DNA of 64,000 bases from Pseudomonadota bacterium (GTDB lineage Bacteria > Pseudomonadota > Gammaproteobacteria > Burkholderiales > Thiobacteraceae): assembly GCA_038042985.1 (NCBI GenBank), contig JBBTCZ010000042.1, positions 6,856-70,855 on the forward strand, given 5' to 3'. The notes under the pieces were generated by a model that searched no databases, was not told where the DNA came from, and saw only the letters and a program-made list of their open reading frames with translations. Shown in pieces: positions 55,779 to 64,000 of this stretch; positions within the stretch are counted from its first letter, which is position 1, and every line of letters begins with the position of its first letter. A program made the position numbers and the translations under genes.

Positions 55779-56864
55779 ATGTTCTCCAGCGACGATCATC
55801 GTTTCATGGCCCAAGCACTGCGCTTGGCTGAGCGTGGGCTGTATAGCGCTAGCCCCAATCCGCGCGTCGGTTGTGTCATCGTGCGTGAAGGTCAAGTGGT
55901 GGGCGAAGGCTGGCACGAACGCGCCGGTACGCCGCACGCTGAAATACATGCCTTACAGCAAGCGGGCGAAAGAATGCGTGGCGCCACGGTATATGTCACG
56001 CTAGAGCCGTGCTCGCATCATGGGCGCACGCCACCTTGCGCCGATGCACTCATCGCAGCGGACGTTGCGCGTGTCGTCGCAGCAATGCGCGACCCCAATC
56101 CGCAAGTGGCGGGCCAAGGCATGGCACGCCTAGCGCGAACAGGTATCCAAGTTGAAGTTGGCTTGATGGAGCAGCAAGCGCTGGAGATGAATATCGGCTT
56201 CGTCTCGCGCATGACGCGCGGCCGGCCTTGGGTGCGGCTCAAAGCAGCGGCGAGCCTGGATGGCAAGACTGCGCTGAATAATGGCGTGTCGAAATGGATT
56301 ACCGGCTCGGCGGCCAGAGCAGATGTGCAGCATTGGCGCGCTCGGTCTTGCGCCATCCTGACCGGGGTCGGTACCGTGTTGGCGGATGATCCACAAATGA
56401 ATGTGCGCGAGATCGAGACCACCCGCCAGCCACTGCGCGTGATCGTGGATTCACGGCTGACGACACCGCCCAGCGCAAAGATACTGGCTGGAGGAAATGC
56501 GCTGATTGTGTGTGCAACAGATGATGCAGCCAAAACTCAAGCCTTGCGCAGCGCCGGTGCCGAAGTGCTGGTGTTGGCTGGCCGTGATGGCCGCGTCGAT
56601 TTAGCGCGTTTGCTGCAATTGCTGGCCGAGCGCGAAGTGAACGAATTGATGATCGAAGCAGGCGCCACGCTCAACGGCGCGCTGCTCAATGCCGGTCTGG
56701 TGGATGAGCTAGTGTTGTATCTTGCACCGGTATTGATGGGCGATGCGGCGCGCGGACTATTCGCGCTGCCAGCATTGCAGCAAATGGATCAACGCAAAAT
56801 CTTAGCCGTGCAGGATGTGCGGCTAGTGGGACAAGATATTCGCGTCATGGCACGAGTGAGTTAA
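55779..56864 (+). CDS. ribD: Bifunctional riboflavin biosynthesis protein RibD (deaminase/reductase)
   Basis: 361 aa; HAE...PCSHHGRTPPC deaminase zinc motif and a C-terminal reductase domain. Confidence 0.9.
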   Translation: MFSSDDHRFMAQALRLAERGLYSASPNPRVGCVIVREGQVVGEGWHERAGTPHAEIHALQQAGERMRGATVYVTLEPCSHHGRTPPCADALIAADVARVVAAMRDPNPQVAGQGMARLARTGIQVEVGLMEQQALEMNIGFVSRMTRGRPWVRLKAAASLDGKTALNNGVSKWITGSAARADVQHWRARSCAILTGVGTVLADDPQMNVREIETTRQPLRVIVDSRLTTPPSAKILAGGNALIVCATDDAAKTQALRSAGAEVLVLAGRDGRVDLARLLQLLAEREVNELMIEAGATLNGALLNAGLVDELVLYLAPVLMGDAARGLFALPALQQMDQRKILAVQDVRLVGQDIRVMARVS

Positions 56865-56866
56865 CT

Positions 56867-57466
56867 ATGTTTACCGGAATCATCCAAGCGGTCGGCAAAA
56901 TCGCACGCACTGAGCCGCGCGGCCAAGATCAACGGCTCGCCATCCAGGCGGGCGCGCTGGATATGAGCGACGTGCAACTGGGCGACAGCATTGCCGTGAA
57001 CGGCGTGTGTTTAACCGTGGTGCGCTTCGATCAAAAGAGCTTCGATGTGGATGTATCCGCAGAAACCCTGCGCTGCACCGTCGGGTTCGATTTGGAGAGC
57101 GAAGTGAATCTGGAAAAAGCGCTGCGCCTGGCCGATCGCTTGGGCGGCCATTTGGTCAGCGGCCATGTGGATGGCGTGGGCGAAGTGGTGCGCTTTGATC
57201 CAACGGGCGATTGTTATGTGCTAGAAATCACCGCCCCCGACGACATCGCTCGGTTTGTGGCCACTAAGGGGTCGGTTACGGTCAATGGCGTGAGCCTGAC
57301 GGTGAATCAAGTGGCGGGTAAGCGCTTCGCGCTGAATTTGATCCCGCACACGCTAGAGATGACCACACTCAAGCATCTCAAGCCGGGTAGCCGCGTGAAT
57401 CTGGAAGTGGATTTGCTGGCGCGCTATGCCGAGCGCCTGTTGCATTACACATCCAGCCCCGAATAG
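56867..57466 (+). CDS. ribE: Riboflavin synthase
   Basis: 199 aa; MFTGII N-terminus and an internally duplicated lumazine-binding fold (GDSIAVNGVCLTV / GSVTVNGVSLTV). Confidence 0.9.
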   Translation: MFTGIIQAVGKIARTEPRGQDQRLAIQAGALDMSDVQLGDSIAVNGVCLTVVRFDQKSFDVDVSAETLRCTVGFDLESEVNLEKALRLADRLGGHLVSGHVDGVGEVVRFDPTGDCYVLEITAPDDIARFVATKGSVTVNGVSLTVNQVAGKRFALNLIPHTLEMTTLKHLKPGSRVNLEVDLLARYAERLLHYTSSPE

Positions 57467-57519
57467 ATTGCCGAGTAGGGAAACTACGCAATAGCACTTT
57501 GGGCACCCAAGAAACGCAA

Positions 57520-57840
57520 TCAGTCGTTAAATATATATTTGGCCGATGTGAGCTGGCCTTCACGAAACTCGACTTCACACAAGAACCTCCCCATGGAGCG
57601 CGAGTCATGAACAAGCGCTCGCTGTTCTTTCGACACCGTCGTCAGGCGGTAGCCCTTTTCGGAAGCGAGTTTGTCGAGTTCGGCAACAGACAGGCCTGCC
57701 GTTAGCGAGCGACAAAATGATTCCATATGAGAGCCACCGACAATGAACGGCCACACGCCAAGATAAAAGAAGGCGCTGAGCAGTACTATGCCAAGTATGC
57801 TAAAAGTTTTTTTCGTTCGCGACATGGGTGACATTCTCAA
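57520..57840 (-). CDS. Hypothetical small membrane-anchored protein
   Basis: 106 aa (alternative ATG at 57825) with one N-terminal TM segment. No recognisable family. Confidence 0.45.
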   Translation of the reverse strand: MRMSPMSRTKKTFSILGIVLLSAFFYLGVWPFIVGGSHMESFCRSLTAGLSVAELDKLASEKGYRLTTVSKEQRALVHDSRSMGRFLCEVEFREGQLTSAKYIFND

Positions 57841-57926
57841 TTGATATGGTGATCGGGTCGCTTTGTCATCGGCGGTTTTTCACGATCTCGGTTCCCACCG
57901 GCGCATCACATCGAGAATGATTGGCA

Positions 57927-58079
57927 GCAAGCGTAGGGCGGGTGACACCCGCCATTTCAACATTACTCACATTCAACTTCATTCGCTAAATCCCAAACCC
58001 AGCGTTGGCGCGGCAATAGTTGGGCATGTTGTCCCTGTTTATTTTGTTATGCGGCGGGTGTGACCCGCCCTACGCTTGC
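57927..58079. repeat. REP doublet (REPIN/MITE-like): two inverted GTAG-type REP units
   Basis: GCAAGCGTAGGGCGGGTGACACCCGCC (57927-57953) and its inverted copy GGCGGGTGTGACCCGCCCTACGCTTGC (58053-58079). Each unit is GTAG plus a hairpin. 99-nt spacer. Confidence 0.75.
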
Positions 58080-58179
58080 TTAAACAAACCGTGACAATCA
58101 GCAGGCGAGGTAGACCACGCGGTGTCGGCATCGGGCCGTGTTGTGGGCGACTGAACGGGATGGCGGCGGTATGCCTCAT
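58080..58179 (-). pseudogene. 5' remnant of a third tandem paralog of the 58176/59834 genes, truncated at the REP doublet
   Basis: The ATG at 58179 forms the same AAATGA junction as between the two intact paralogs. MRHTAAIPFSRPQHGPMPTPRGLPRLLIVTVCLS parallels MKQATVFPFHHPQYDAITTPRGLLRLLIATLCLS. Similarity stops at TGTTTAAGC, where the REP begins. Confidence 0.6.
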
Positions 58180-59837
58180 TTCTTGGCCTGCTGTTTCAGC
58201 ATTCCGGCGATGACATTTTGTGCTTTTACAATTTTCCATGCGGTGTAATGGAGCGACTCGAAAACTTGTTGGGGATTGTCGGATGGCGGAAAGGATTTCA
58301 GATAGCCGGCCAAGTCCAGAAAAGGAGCGGTGTTCAAGGGACAATCGTTGCTCTTGTCGCCGTCATCCAGAATTTTGTGCCAGTCTGAAACTTGAGTGAC
58401 GGGCTGGATCGGGGGCTGCGTGTCTGACGTTGATGGTCGAGTTTGGTTTGGCGTGTTGGTGTTACCAGCCTTTGCCTGAATCGCCGCAATTTCGCTGCGT
58501 GCTACACGCTTGAAATATTCGATCGGTATTAGTTCGGCAGTCTTTTGTGCGTCAGCGAAATCCCCCGCCTTTGCTTGAGCCACCGCGATGATTCCGTATC
58601 TGTCATTTTTGAAATTTACGTCATCAATAGACTCGATGCTCTTTAGAGCGCCGGCAAATTCCTTGACCTTTATTAGCGCTTCCACAATCGCCCTCTGAGC
58701 AGATGTCTGGAAATGCTGTGCTTGCCTTTTCTCTAACGGATCCTGAATAAGGCCTGCGGTTTTTTGAGCAGATGCCAGAGTATTTTGAGCACCTGCAATA
58801 TCGCCGCTATTTGCTTGAGCTTCAGCGATATTTCTCTGTGCAAAAGCCTTTAAAGAAGCTGACGCATCAATCAGACCGGCAGCTTTTTGAGCAGCCGCCA
58901 AAGTTCTTTGAGCACCGGCATGATCCCCAGCATGTATTTGAGCTTTGGCGACCGCAAGTCTAGCTTCGGCCGTCATTTGATGACCTGAACTTTTATCATC
59001 ACCATATTGGCGCTCAATAAGATTAGCGTTCTTTTGTGCAGCCACCAAAGTGACGTGAGCACCTGCAATATCACCAGCCTTGATTTGAAGTTGAGCAATG
59101 GCTGACTGTGACCAGCTTTTTTGTGTTGCGCTTTGAATAAGATCAGCGGTCTTTAGCGCAGTGGCCAACGTCTTTTTAGCGCCAGCAATGTCACCAGTTT
59201 CTATTTGAATTCCAGCGATGGCCGCCTGTATGTTTGTCTGTTGTTCGCTTTTATAAGGCCCATCCTCAATAAGGTCGGCGACTCTGAGAGCCGCAGTAAT
59301 ATCGCTGGCTTTCGCCCACAACTTGGCCACGCGCTGTAGGCCATCGATTTTGTCGTAACGTGGTAATTGACCGACCGCATCCTGCGCGGTCTTAAGGAAG
59401 CGCGAAGTGTTGCTCTGATTTCTCACGTCCAGCACGGCGATCTGCTCTCTCACCGCCGCCGCGTTCGGCGCATCGGGGTAGGCCGCGAGATACGCGGCAA
59501 ACCAGGCCATCGCCCGCAGCTCTCGCCCCGGAATTCTCGATTCGGCCAGACCCAGGTTCAGATAGGTGACCGGTGCCGCCGGGGCGATCTTGCGTGCATC
59601 TTCGAAGAACCGGATCGCCAGTAGGTAGTCCGGCACTTTTGCCGCGATGATCCCTTTGTTGAGCGCTTCCTGCGCGGCGGGTGGAAGAGGTGCGGATGAG
59701 TTCGTCTGTGCCAGTGCGGAAAACGGTTGGGCGAGGCTTAAACAAAGCGTAGCGATCAGCAGACGAAGCAGGCCACGCGGTGTTGTTATGGCATCGTATT
59801 GCGGGTGGTGGAACGGGAAGACGGTGGCTTGTTTCAT
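58176..59837 (-). CDS. Secreted helical-repeat protein (about 7 units carrying the motif GD(I/H/F)AGA..TL..A.K.A.LI)
   Basis: 553 aa. The N-terminal TPR-like module and the C-terminal KIVKAQNVI.GMLKQQA tail are shared with the upstream paralog. Confidence 0.75.
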   Translation of the reverse strand: MKQATVFPFHHPQYDAITTPRGLLRLLIATLCLSLAQPFSALAQTNSSAPLPPAAQEALNKGIIAAKVPDYLLAIRFFEDARKIAPAAPVTYLNLGLAESRIPGRELRAMAWFAAYLAAYPDAPNAAAVREQIAVLDVRNQSNTSRFLKTAQDAVGQLPRYDKIDGLQRVAKLWAKASDITAALRVADLIEDGPYKSEQQTNIQAAIAGIQIETGDIAGAKKTLATALKTADLIQSATQKSWSQSAIAQLQIKAGDIAGAHVTLVAAQKNANLIERQYGDDKSSGHQMTAEARLAVAKAQIHAGDHAGAQRTLAAAQKAAGLIDASASLKAFAQRNIAEAQANSGDIAGAQNTLASAQKTAGLIQDPLEKRQAQHFQTSAQRAIVEALIKVKEFAGALKSIESIDDVNFKNDRYGIIAVAQAKAGDFADAQKTAELIPIEYFKRVARSEIAAIQAKAGNTNTPNQTRPSTSDTQPPIQPVTQVSDWHKILDDGDKSNDCPLNTAPFLDLAGYLKSFPPSDNPQQVFESLHYTAWKIVKAQNVIAGMLKQQAKK

Positions 59838-60796
59838 TTCCCGGCCTGTTGTTTCAGCATCCCGATGATGACATTTTGCGCTTTAACAATTTTTTCGGCG
59901 GTTTCTTGGAGTGCCCAAAAATGTTCATAGATGCTTTTGGATGGCGGCGGCAGAGATTTCAGATGGCCGACCAAGTCCAGAAAAGGTTCGGTTCTCAATT
60001 GGCCTTTATTGCTGCACACGAAGTCTGTACTAGAACTACAGCCGCCTTTCAGCGTATAGAGCCATTCGGAAACTCCAGTAACAGGTTGGCTCACAGATTG
60101 GGGTTTTGCTGCAAGTTCAGTGATGGCTTTTTGTATGGCGATTCCTTTATCCTTGTCCTGAATACGACCAGCGGTCTGCGAAGCACCTGCAATATCGCCC
60201 GCTTTAAATTGCGCTTCAGCGATAGCCAGATATGCAGCGTCTTTCCACATTGCGTAACCGATGATGAGCTCGGCGGTCTTTTGCGCATGTGCAGTGTCAC
60301 CAATACCTGCCCACAATTTCGACACTTCAGACAGGATATGTCCTTTGTCGCGTCCCATCGTGGGCATTTGGTCGTCTTCTGGTATTTGGCTGGCAACATC
60401 CTGCACCATCTTGATCAAACGTGAGAGGTTACTTTGGCTCTTCACGACCAGAACGGCAATCTCCTCCTTCACCGCCGCCGCGTTAGGCGCATCGGGGTAG
60501 GCTGCGAGATACGCACCAAACCATGCAATCGCCCGCAACTCCCGCCCCGGAATTCTCGATTCGGCCAGCCCCAGGTTCAAATAGAGCACCGGGGCCTGCG
60601 GGGCGAGCTTGCGCGCCTCTTCGAAGAACCGGATCGCCAGCAGGTAGTCCGGCACCTTTGCCGCGATGATTCCCTTGTTGAGTGCTTCCTGCGCGGCGGG
60701 CGGCAGGGGCGCGGGGGCGGGTGGGGCCGCGTGTGCACTCGCAAACAGAGTCAGGAATGCGGAAACGACAATGAGTGATCGGGTAATAAATTTCAT
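59834..60796 (-). CDS. Secreted helical-repeat protein, short paralog (2 repeat units)
   Basis: 320 aa; signal peptide MKFITRSLIVVSAFLTLFASAHA. Same N- and C-terminal modules as 58176..59837. ATGA overlap with it. Confidence 0.75.
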   Translation of the reverse strand: MKFITRSLIVVSAFLTLFASAHAAPPAPAPLPPAAQEALNKGIIAAKVPDYLLAIRFFEEARKLAPQAPVLYLNLGLAESRIPGRELRAIAWFGAYLAAYPDAPNAAAVKEEIAVLVVKSQSNLSRLIKMVQDVASQIPEDDQMPTMGRDKGHILSEVSKLWAGIGDTAHAQKTAELIIGYAMWKDAAYLAIAEAQFKAGDIAGASQTAGRIQDKDKGIAIQKAITELAAKPQSVSQPVTGVSEWLYTLKGGCSSSTDFVCSNKGQLRTEPFLDLVGHLKSLPPPSKSIYEHFWALQETAEKIVKAQNVIIGMLKQQAGK

Positions 60797-60902
60797 GGTG
60801 CGTTGTCCCTCATTCGGTTGGTTGATTTTCGTCGGTGTATTTATGCACCTGTTGTTTGCCGTGTATTCGGGATACCACGGCAGGGTGTGCTATGCGCACC
60901 AT

Positions 60903-60929
60903 GGTGCATGGAATGCACCCTACGCTTGC
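60903..60929. repeat. Single REP unit of the GTAG family
   Basis: GGTGCATGGAATGCACC hairpin + CTACGCTTGC tail, directly after the stop of 60930..62021. Confidence 0.6.
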
Positions 60930-62021
60930 TCAACGGATATTGATGATAGATCCGGGCGGTATGCCCAACGTCTCGTCCCAAACTTGGCGTAGCGTGGCAT
61001 CTTCCAACGTCATTCGGTCGTAGCCCCTGGACGGAACGTAATAATACACATCGTCCGGACGGGGCGGCCGCGGCTCGCTCACTGGCCCGGCTGTCGACGG
61101 GGCAGCCTGCCTGTTACGCTCCGGCGTGTGACCCGCAAGCGCAACAAAGCGCTTCAGGCCGACGTTACCTGGGTCGCGATTGAGTGCGTCTTCGAACCAA
61201 GCCTTGGCAGCCTTCCAGTCGCGGTCCATGACCGCCTGGAATCCTTTGCGAACCCGGTCGCTGACACCGGGAGGCGCATTCTGATACATGCCGGCAATGG
61301 TGTTTTCCACGTCTTTGGGCAGACCCGATGGCACCTTGCGCGCATCGACCACCTTGGGGTCGCCCGACGGCGAAGCGAGCGCGGGCTTCGCTTGGCTGGG
61401 CATCGCAATGGCGGCGGTAAAATCCAGCCCGCCGCTATTGCCGACGCTGGGCGCAACACCGGCAGTGCGCGCGTCGAAATCCAATCCGCCCGACACCGGC
61501 GCGGCATTCAATGTCTGCGCAAAGTTCTGGATGGACTGCTGCATGTTATCCGCCGCCGCTTTGTTCTGGCGCTGCCGCTCCATCGCCTCTCTTTCTTGCC
61601 TTTCTCTTGCCTGCTGGTTCGCCATATTGGCCTGGGCGTTGGCAAGATTCTTGCGGATGACCGGATCGTCTGGGCTGTTTTGTAACGTCTGTTGGAAAAG
61701 CGAAATCGCAGTGGCCCAATCGCCCTTGTTGTAGGCTTGGACGCCTTGTTGGTTAGCCGTGTGTGCCTGCTGGTCGGCCTGATCGGCAGCGGAAGGGCCG
61801 GAATTCCTTAACCAGTTCCAAAGGTTCGGCCCGTTGTATCCACCGCCCCCGCCGCCTGAGCCGCTGTTTGAGTCAGGAGTACATCCGCGAGGATCCTTGC
61901 ATACGCCTATCGGATCCGCCGTCACCGCAGGAGCGGATACAAAGCAAACCATCCCCAAGGCAGCCCAAAGCGCAGTGCGCAACAGACCAGAAATTGGTAT
62001 CCGGATCAGACGGTTCTTCAT
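60930..62021 (-). CDS. Hypothetical secreted protein with a Gly-rich linker, one TPR-like motif and a coiled-coil/charged segment
   Basis: 363 aa with a signal peptide. Segments GSGGGGGGY, AYNKGDWATAISLFQQTLQNSPDDP and QQARERQEREAMERQRQ. No recognisable family. Confidence 0.6.
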   Translation of the reverse strand: MKNRLIRIPISGLLRTALWAALGMVCFVSAPAVTADPIGVCKDPRGCTPDSNSGSGGGGGGYNGPNLWNWLRNSGPSAADQADQQAHTANQQGVQAYNKGDWATAISLFQQTLQNSPDDPVIRKNLANAQANMANQQARERQEREAMERQRQNKAAADNMQQSIQNFAQTLNAAPVSGGLDFDARTAGVAPSVGNSGGLDFTAAIAMPSQAKPALASPSGDPKVVDARKVPSGLPKDVENTIAGMYQNAPPGVSDRVRKGFQAVMDRDWKAAKAWFEDALNRDPGNVGLKRFVALAGHTPERNRQAAPSTAGPVSEPRPPRPDDVYYYVPSRGYDRMTLEDATLRQVWDETLGIPPGSIINIR

Positions 62022-62180
62022 AAGGAATTACTCCTTTTTAAGTAACGGCAACTCTTTATTTTGCGCAAAATTAAAGCCCCTGGAGCTACATCCTAGCATG
62101 GCAGTAATCGCGCCCTTCGCGGTTCAAGCCTTAAAGTGAGATAATCTCCCCCCTGCGCAAATCGGACTTGGAAGTAGTAC

Positions 62181-63299
62181 ATGGCAATCAGCCCAATACA
62201 AGACATTATCGCCGACCTGAAGGCCGGCAGAATTGTCGTCCTGGTGGACGAGGAAGACCGCGAGAACGAAGGTGATTTGGTGATGGCGGCGGAATTCGTT
62301 ACGCCGGACGCCATCAATTTCATGGCCAAGTTCGGGCGCGGTTTGATCTGCCTGACGCTGACCGATGCGCGCTGCAAGCAACTGGGCTTGCGCCAAATGG
62401 TGTCGGATAATCAGACGCCGCATGGCACGGCTTTTACCGTGTCGATCGAAGCGGCGGAAGGGGTAACCACCGGCATATCGGCGGCGGATCGGTCGGTGAC
62501 GATTCAAGCGGCGGTGGCAAAGCATGCGCAAGCCACGGACATCATCCAGCCCGGCCATATTTTTCCGCTGCGCGCACAACCAGGCGGCGTGTTGGTGCGC
62601 GCCGGGCATACCGAGGCCGGGTGTGATCTGGCGGGGCTTGCCGGGCTGGAGCCGGCATCTGTGATCTGCGAGATTCTCAAAGACGACGGCACCATGGCGC
62701 GTCTGCCGGACTTGATCGTATTCGCAAAAGAACATGGCTTGAAAATCGGCACCATCGTCGATTTGATTCACTACCGTTCGCAAAACGAGATGTTGGTGGA
62801 GCGCGTGGCCGAGCGTCGGGTGGAAACGGTCTATGGCGAATTTCAACTGATTGCCTATCGCGATAAGACTTCGAATGAATTGCATCTGGCGATGGTGAAA
62901 GGCGAGATTAAGCCGGAAGAAGAAACCTTGGTGCGGGTACACGAGCCGCTGTCGGTGATCGACTTTCTGGACGATGCGGGCAGCCCCCACTCCTGGAATG
63001 TGCATCAAGCGCTGCAAGCTATTAGTGAAGCGCCGTCCGGCGTAGTAGTATTTTTCCGCCGTCCGGAATTGACTGAAAGCCTGCTGGCACGCATCGAACA
63101 CGCGGCACACAAACCATCGACCAAAGTGGACTTGCGCGATTATGGTATCGGCGCGCAAATCTTGCGTGATCTGAATGTACGCAAAATGCGGCTCTTGGCC
63201 GCGCCGCGCAAAATGCCGAGCTTGGAGGGCTTCGACCTCGAAGTGTGCGGCTATGTGCTGCCCCAGGATTGGGCCCAAGCAACCAATATAGAAGAGTGA
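62181..63299 (+). CDS. ribB: 3,4-dihydroxy-2-butanone-4-phosphate synthase fused to a degenerate GTP cyclohydrolase II-like domain (RibBX-type)
   Basis: 372 aa. The N-terminal DHBPS domain is intact (VDEEDRENEGDL, HTE). The C-terminal domain reads VRVHEPLSVIDFLDD where RibA has VRVHSECLTGD..CDCG, so the zinc Cys ligands are absent. Confidence 0.85.
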   Translation: MAISPIQDIIADLKAGRIVVLVDEEDRENEGDLVMAAEFVTPDAINFMAKFGRGLICLTLTDARCKQLGLRQMVSDNQTPHGTAFTVSIEAAEGVTTGISAADRSVTIQAAVAKHAQATDIIQPGHIFPLRAQPGGVLVRAGHTEAGCDLAGLAGLEPASVICEILKDDGTMARLPDLIVFAKEHGLKIGTIVDLIHYRSQNEMLVERVAERRVETVYGEFQLIAYRDKTSNELHLAMVKGEIKPEEETLVRVHEPLSVIDFLDDAGSPHSWNVHQALQAISEAPSGVVVFFRRPELTESLLARIEHAAHKPSTKVDLRDYGIGAQILRDLNVRKMRLLAAPRKMPSLEGFDLEVCGYVLPQDWAQATNIEE

Positions 63300-63308
63300 G
63301 GTAATCCC

Positions 63309-63779
63309 ATGGTAAAGAAATACGACGGCATCACCGAATATGAAAAAGACTTGAATGGCAAAGGGCTGCGCATCGGCATCGTGATGAGCCGTTTCAATGT
63401 CGATATCGGCGAAGGCTTGCTCGGCAGTTGCGTAACGGAGCTGGATAAGCTGGGCGTGCAGCAAACCGACGTGACGCTGGTGACCGTGCCGGGCGCGCTG
63501 GAAGTGCCGCTGGTATTGTTGAAAATGGCCTTAAGCGATAACTACGATGCCTTGATCGCGCTCGGCGCGGTCGTACGCGGCGAAACCTATCACTTCGAAT
63601 TAGTGGCCAACGAATCGGGCACCGGCATCACCCAAGTGCAGTTGGATTCTGGTGTGCCTATCGCCAATGGCATCCTTACCACCGATACCGACGATCAAGC
63701 GCTGGCGCGCATGGAAGTCAAAGGCGCCGATTGCGCGCTGGTCGCGGTGGAGATGGCGAATTTGTTGAAACGGATTTAA
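63309..63779 (+). CDS. ribH: 6,7-dimethyl-8-ribityllumazine synthase
   Basis: 156 aa; VPGA.E.P and G.T.HF..V motifs. Confidence 0.9.
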   Translation: MVKKYDGITEYEKDLNGKGLRIGIVMSRFNVDIGEGLLGSCVTELDKLGVQQTDVTLVTVPGALEVPLVLLKMALSDNYDALIALGAVVRGETYHFELVANESGTGITQVQLDSGVPIANGILTTDTDDQALARMEVKGADCALVAVEMANLLKRI

Positions 63780-63838
63780 GAAACTTCTTAACCGCCGCAG
63801 TTGCAAGCATTGCTCTTTAAAGAACCAGGTCGATCGAT

Positions 63839-64000
63839 ATGAAAAAAAGCCGCCGCAAAGCGCGCGAATTCGCGCTCAAAGCGCTCTACGAGTGGAAGTT
63901 GAGCGGCAATGACGCCGCCAGCATCGCCCAGCATTTGCGCGATGAAGAAGGCTATTCCAACATCGACGACAAATATTTCCTGATTTTGCTCAACGGCGTG
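63839..64000 (+). CDS. nusB: Transcription antitermination factor NusB (5' part; runs off the window)
   Basis: MKKSRRKAREFALKALYEW is the typical NusB N-terminus, and it follows ribH as in many bacteria. Confidence 0.85.
   Translation, partial: MKKSRRKAREFALKALYEWKLSGNDAASIAQHLRDEEGYSNIDDKYFLILLNGV

Noticed and set aside
62022-62180. Expected FMN (RFN) riboswitch upstream of ribBA
   Set aside because: I could not find the conserved RFN core segments (GGGCGGGG-type 5' element, CCGACGG/AGUCCGGAUG-type 3' element) by eye. An Rfam scan would be decisive.
62124-63464. 446-aa minus-strand ORF
   Set aside because: It is antisense to ribBA/ribH, which have unambiguous family signatures. It is a shadow ORF.

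Overview
This 64-kb window reads as a chromosomal segment, probably betaproteobacterial. That placement is inferred from gene order and from an HslV-like BPH-type ORF, and I could not verify it. Conserved core blocks are yajQ, BPH-like, ppnP, argG-argF-argD, rpsT, murJ, ribF-ileS-lspA-fkpB-ispH, mogA, yjgA, pmbA, glyA, and nrdR-ribD-ribE ... ribBA-ribH-nusB. Several accessory insertions interrupt them:
1. At the left edge, two small minus-strand ORFs are bounded by integron-type attC sites, and no integrase occurs in the window.
2. A PEP-CTERM gene and a csp gene sit inside the ileS-lspA-fkpB-ispH block.
3. A minor-pilin operon (pilE, fimT/U, pilV, pilW, pilX, pilY1).
4. Downstream of tRNA-Thr lies a lipid-related stretch. 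It holds aas, a Tat-exported amidohydrolase and lplT, then three paralogous ~550-aa proteins with PilZ-like motifs, an esterase and a FeeM-like N-acyltransferase. This is my best candidate for an undescribed system.
5. A 12.5-kb block separates a TRAP binding protein from its dctQM permeases. It carries a GT2/DedA-like/GT-C module, a dead/active pair of trypsin-like TPR proteins, an acyltransferase remnant and an NHL-repeat protein.
6. A 4.7-kb opposite-strand block of tandem repeat-protein paralogs splits the riboflavin operon. One paralog is truncated at a REP doublet.

Three REP-like repeat families are present. I saw no CRISPR array, rRNA gene, transposase or integrase. All functional calls come from by-eye motif recognition and need database confirmation.
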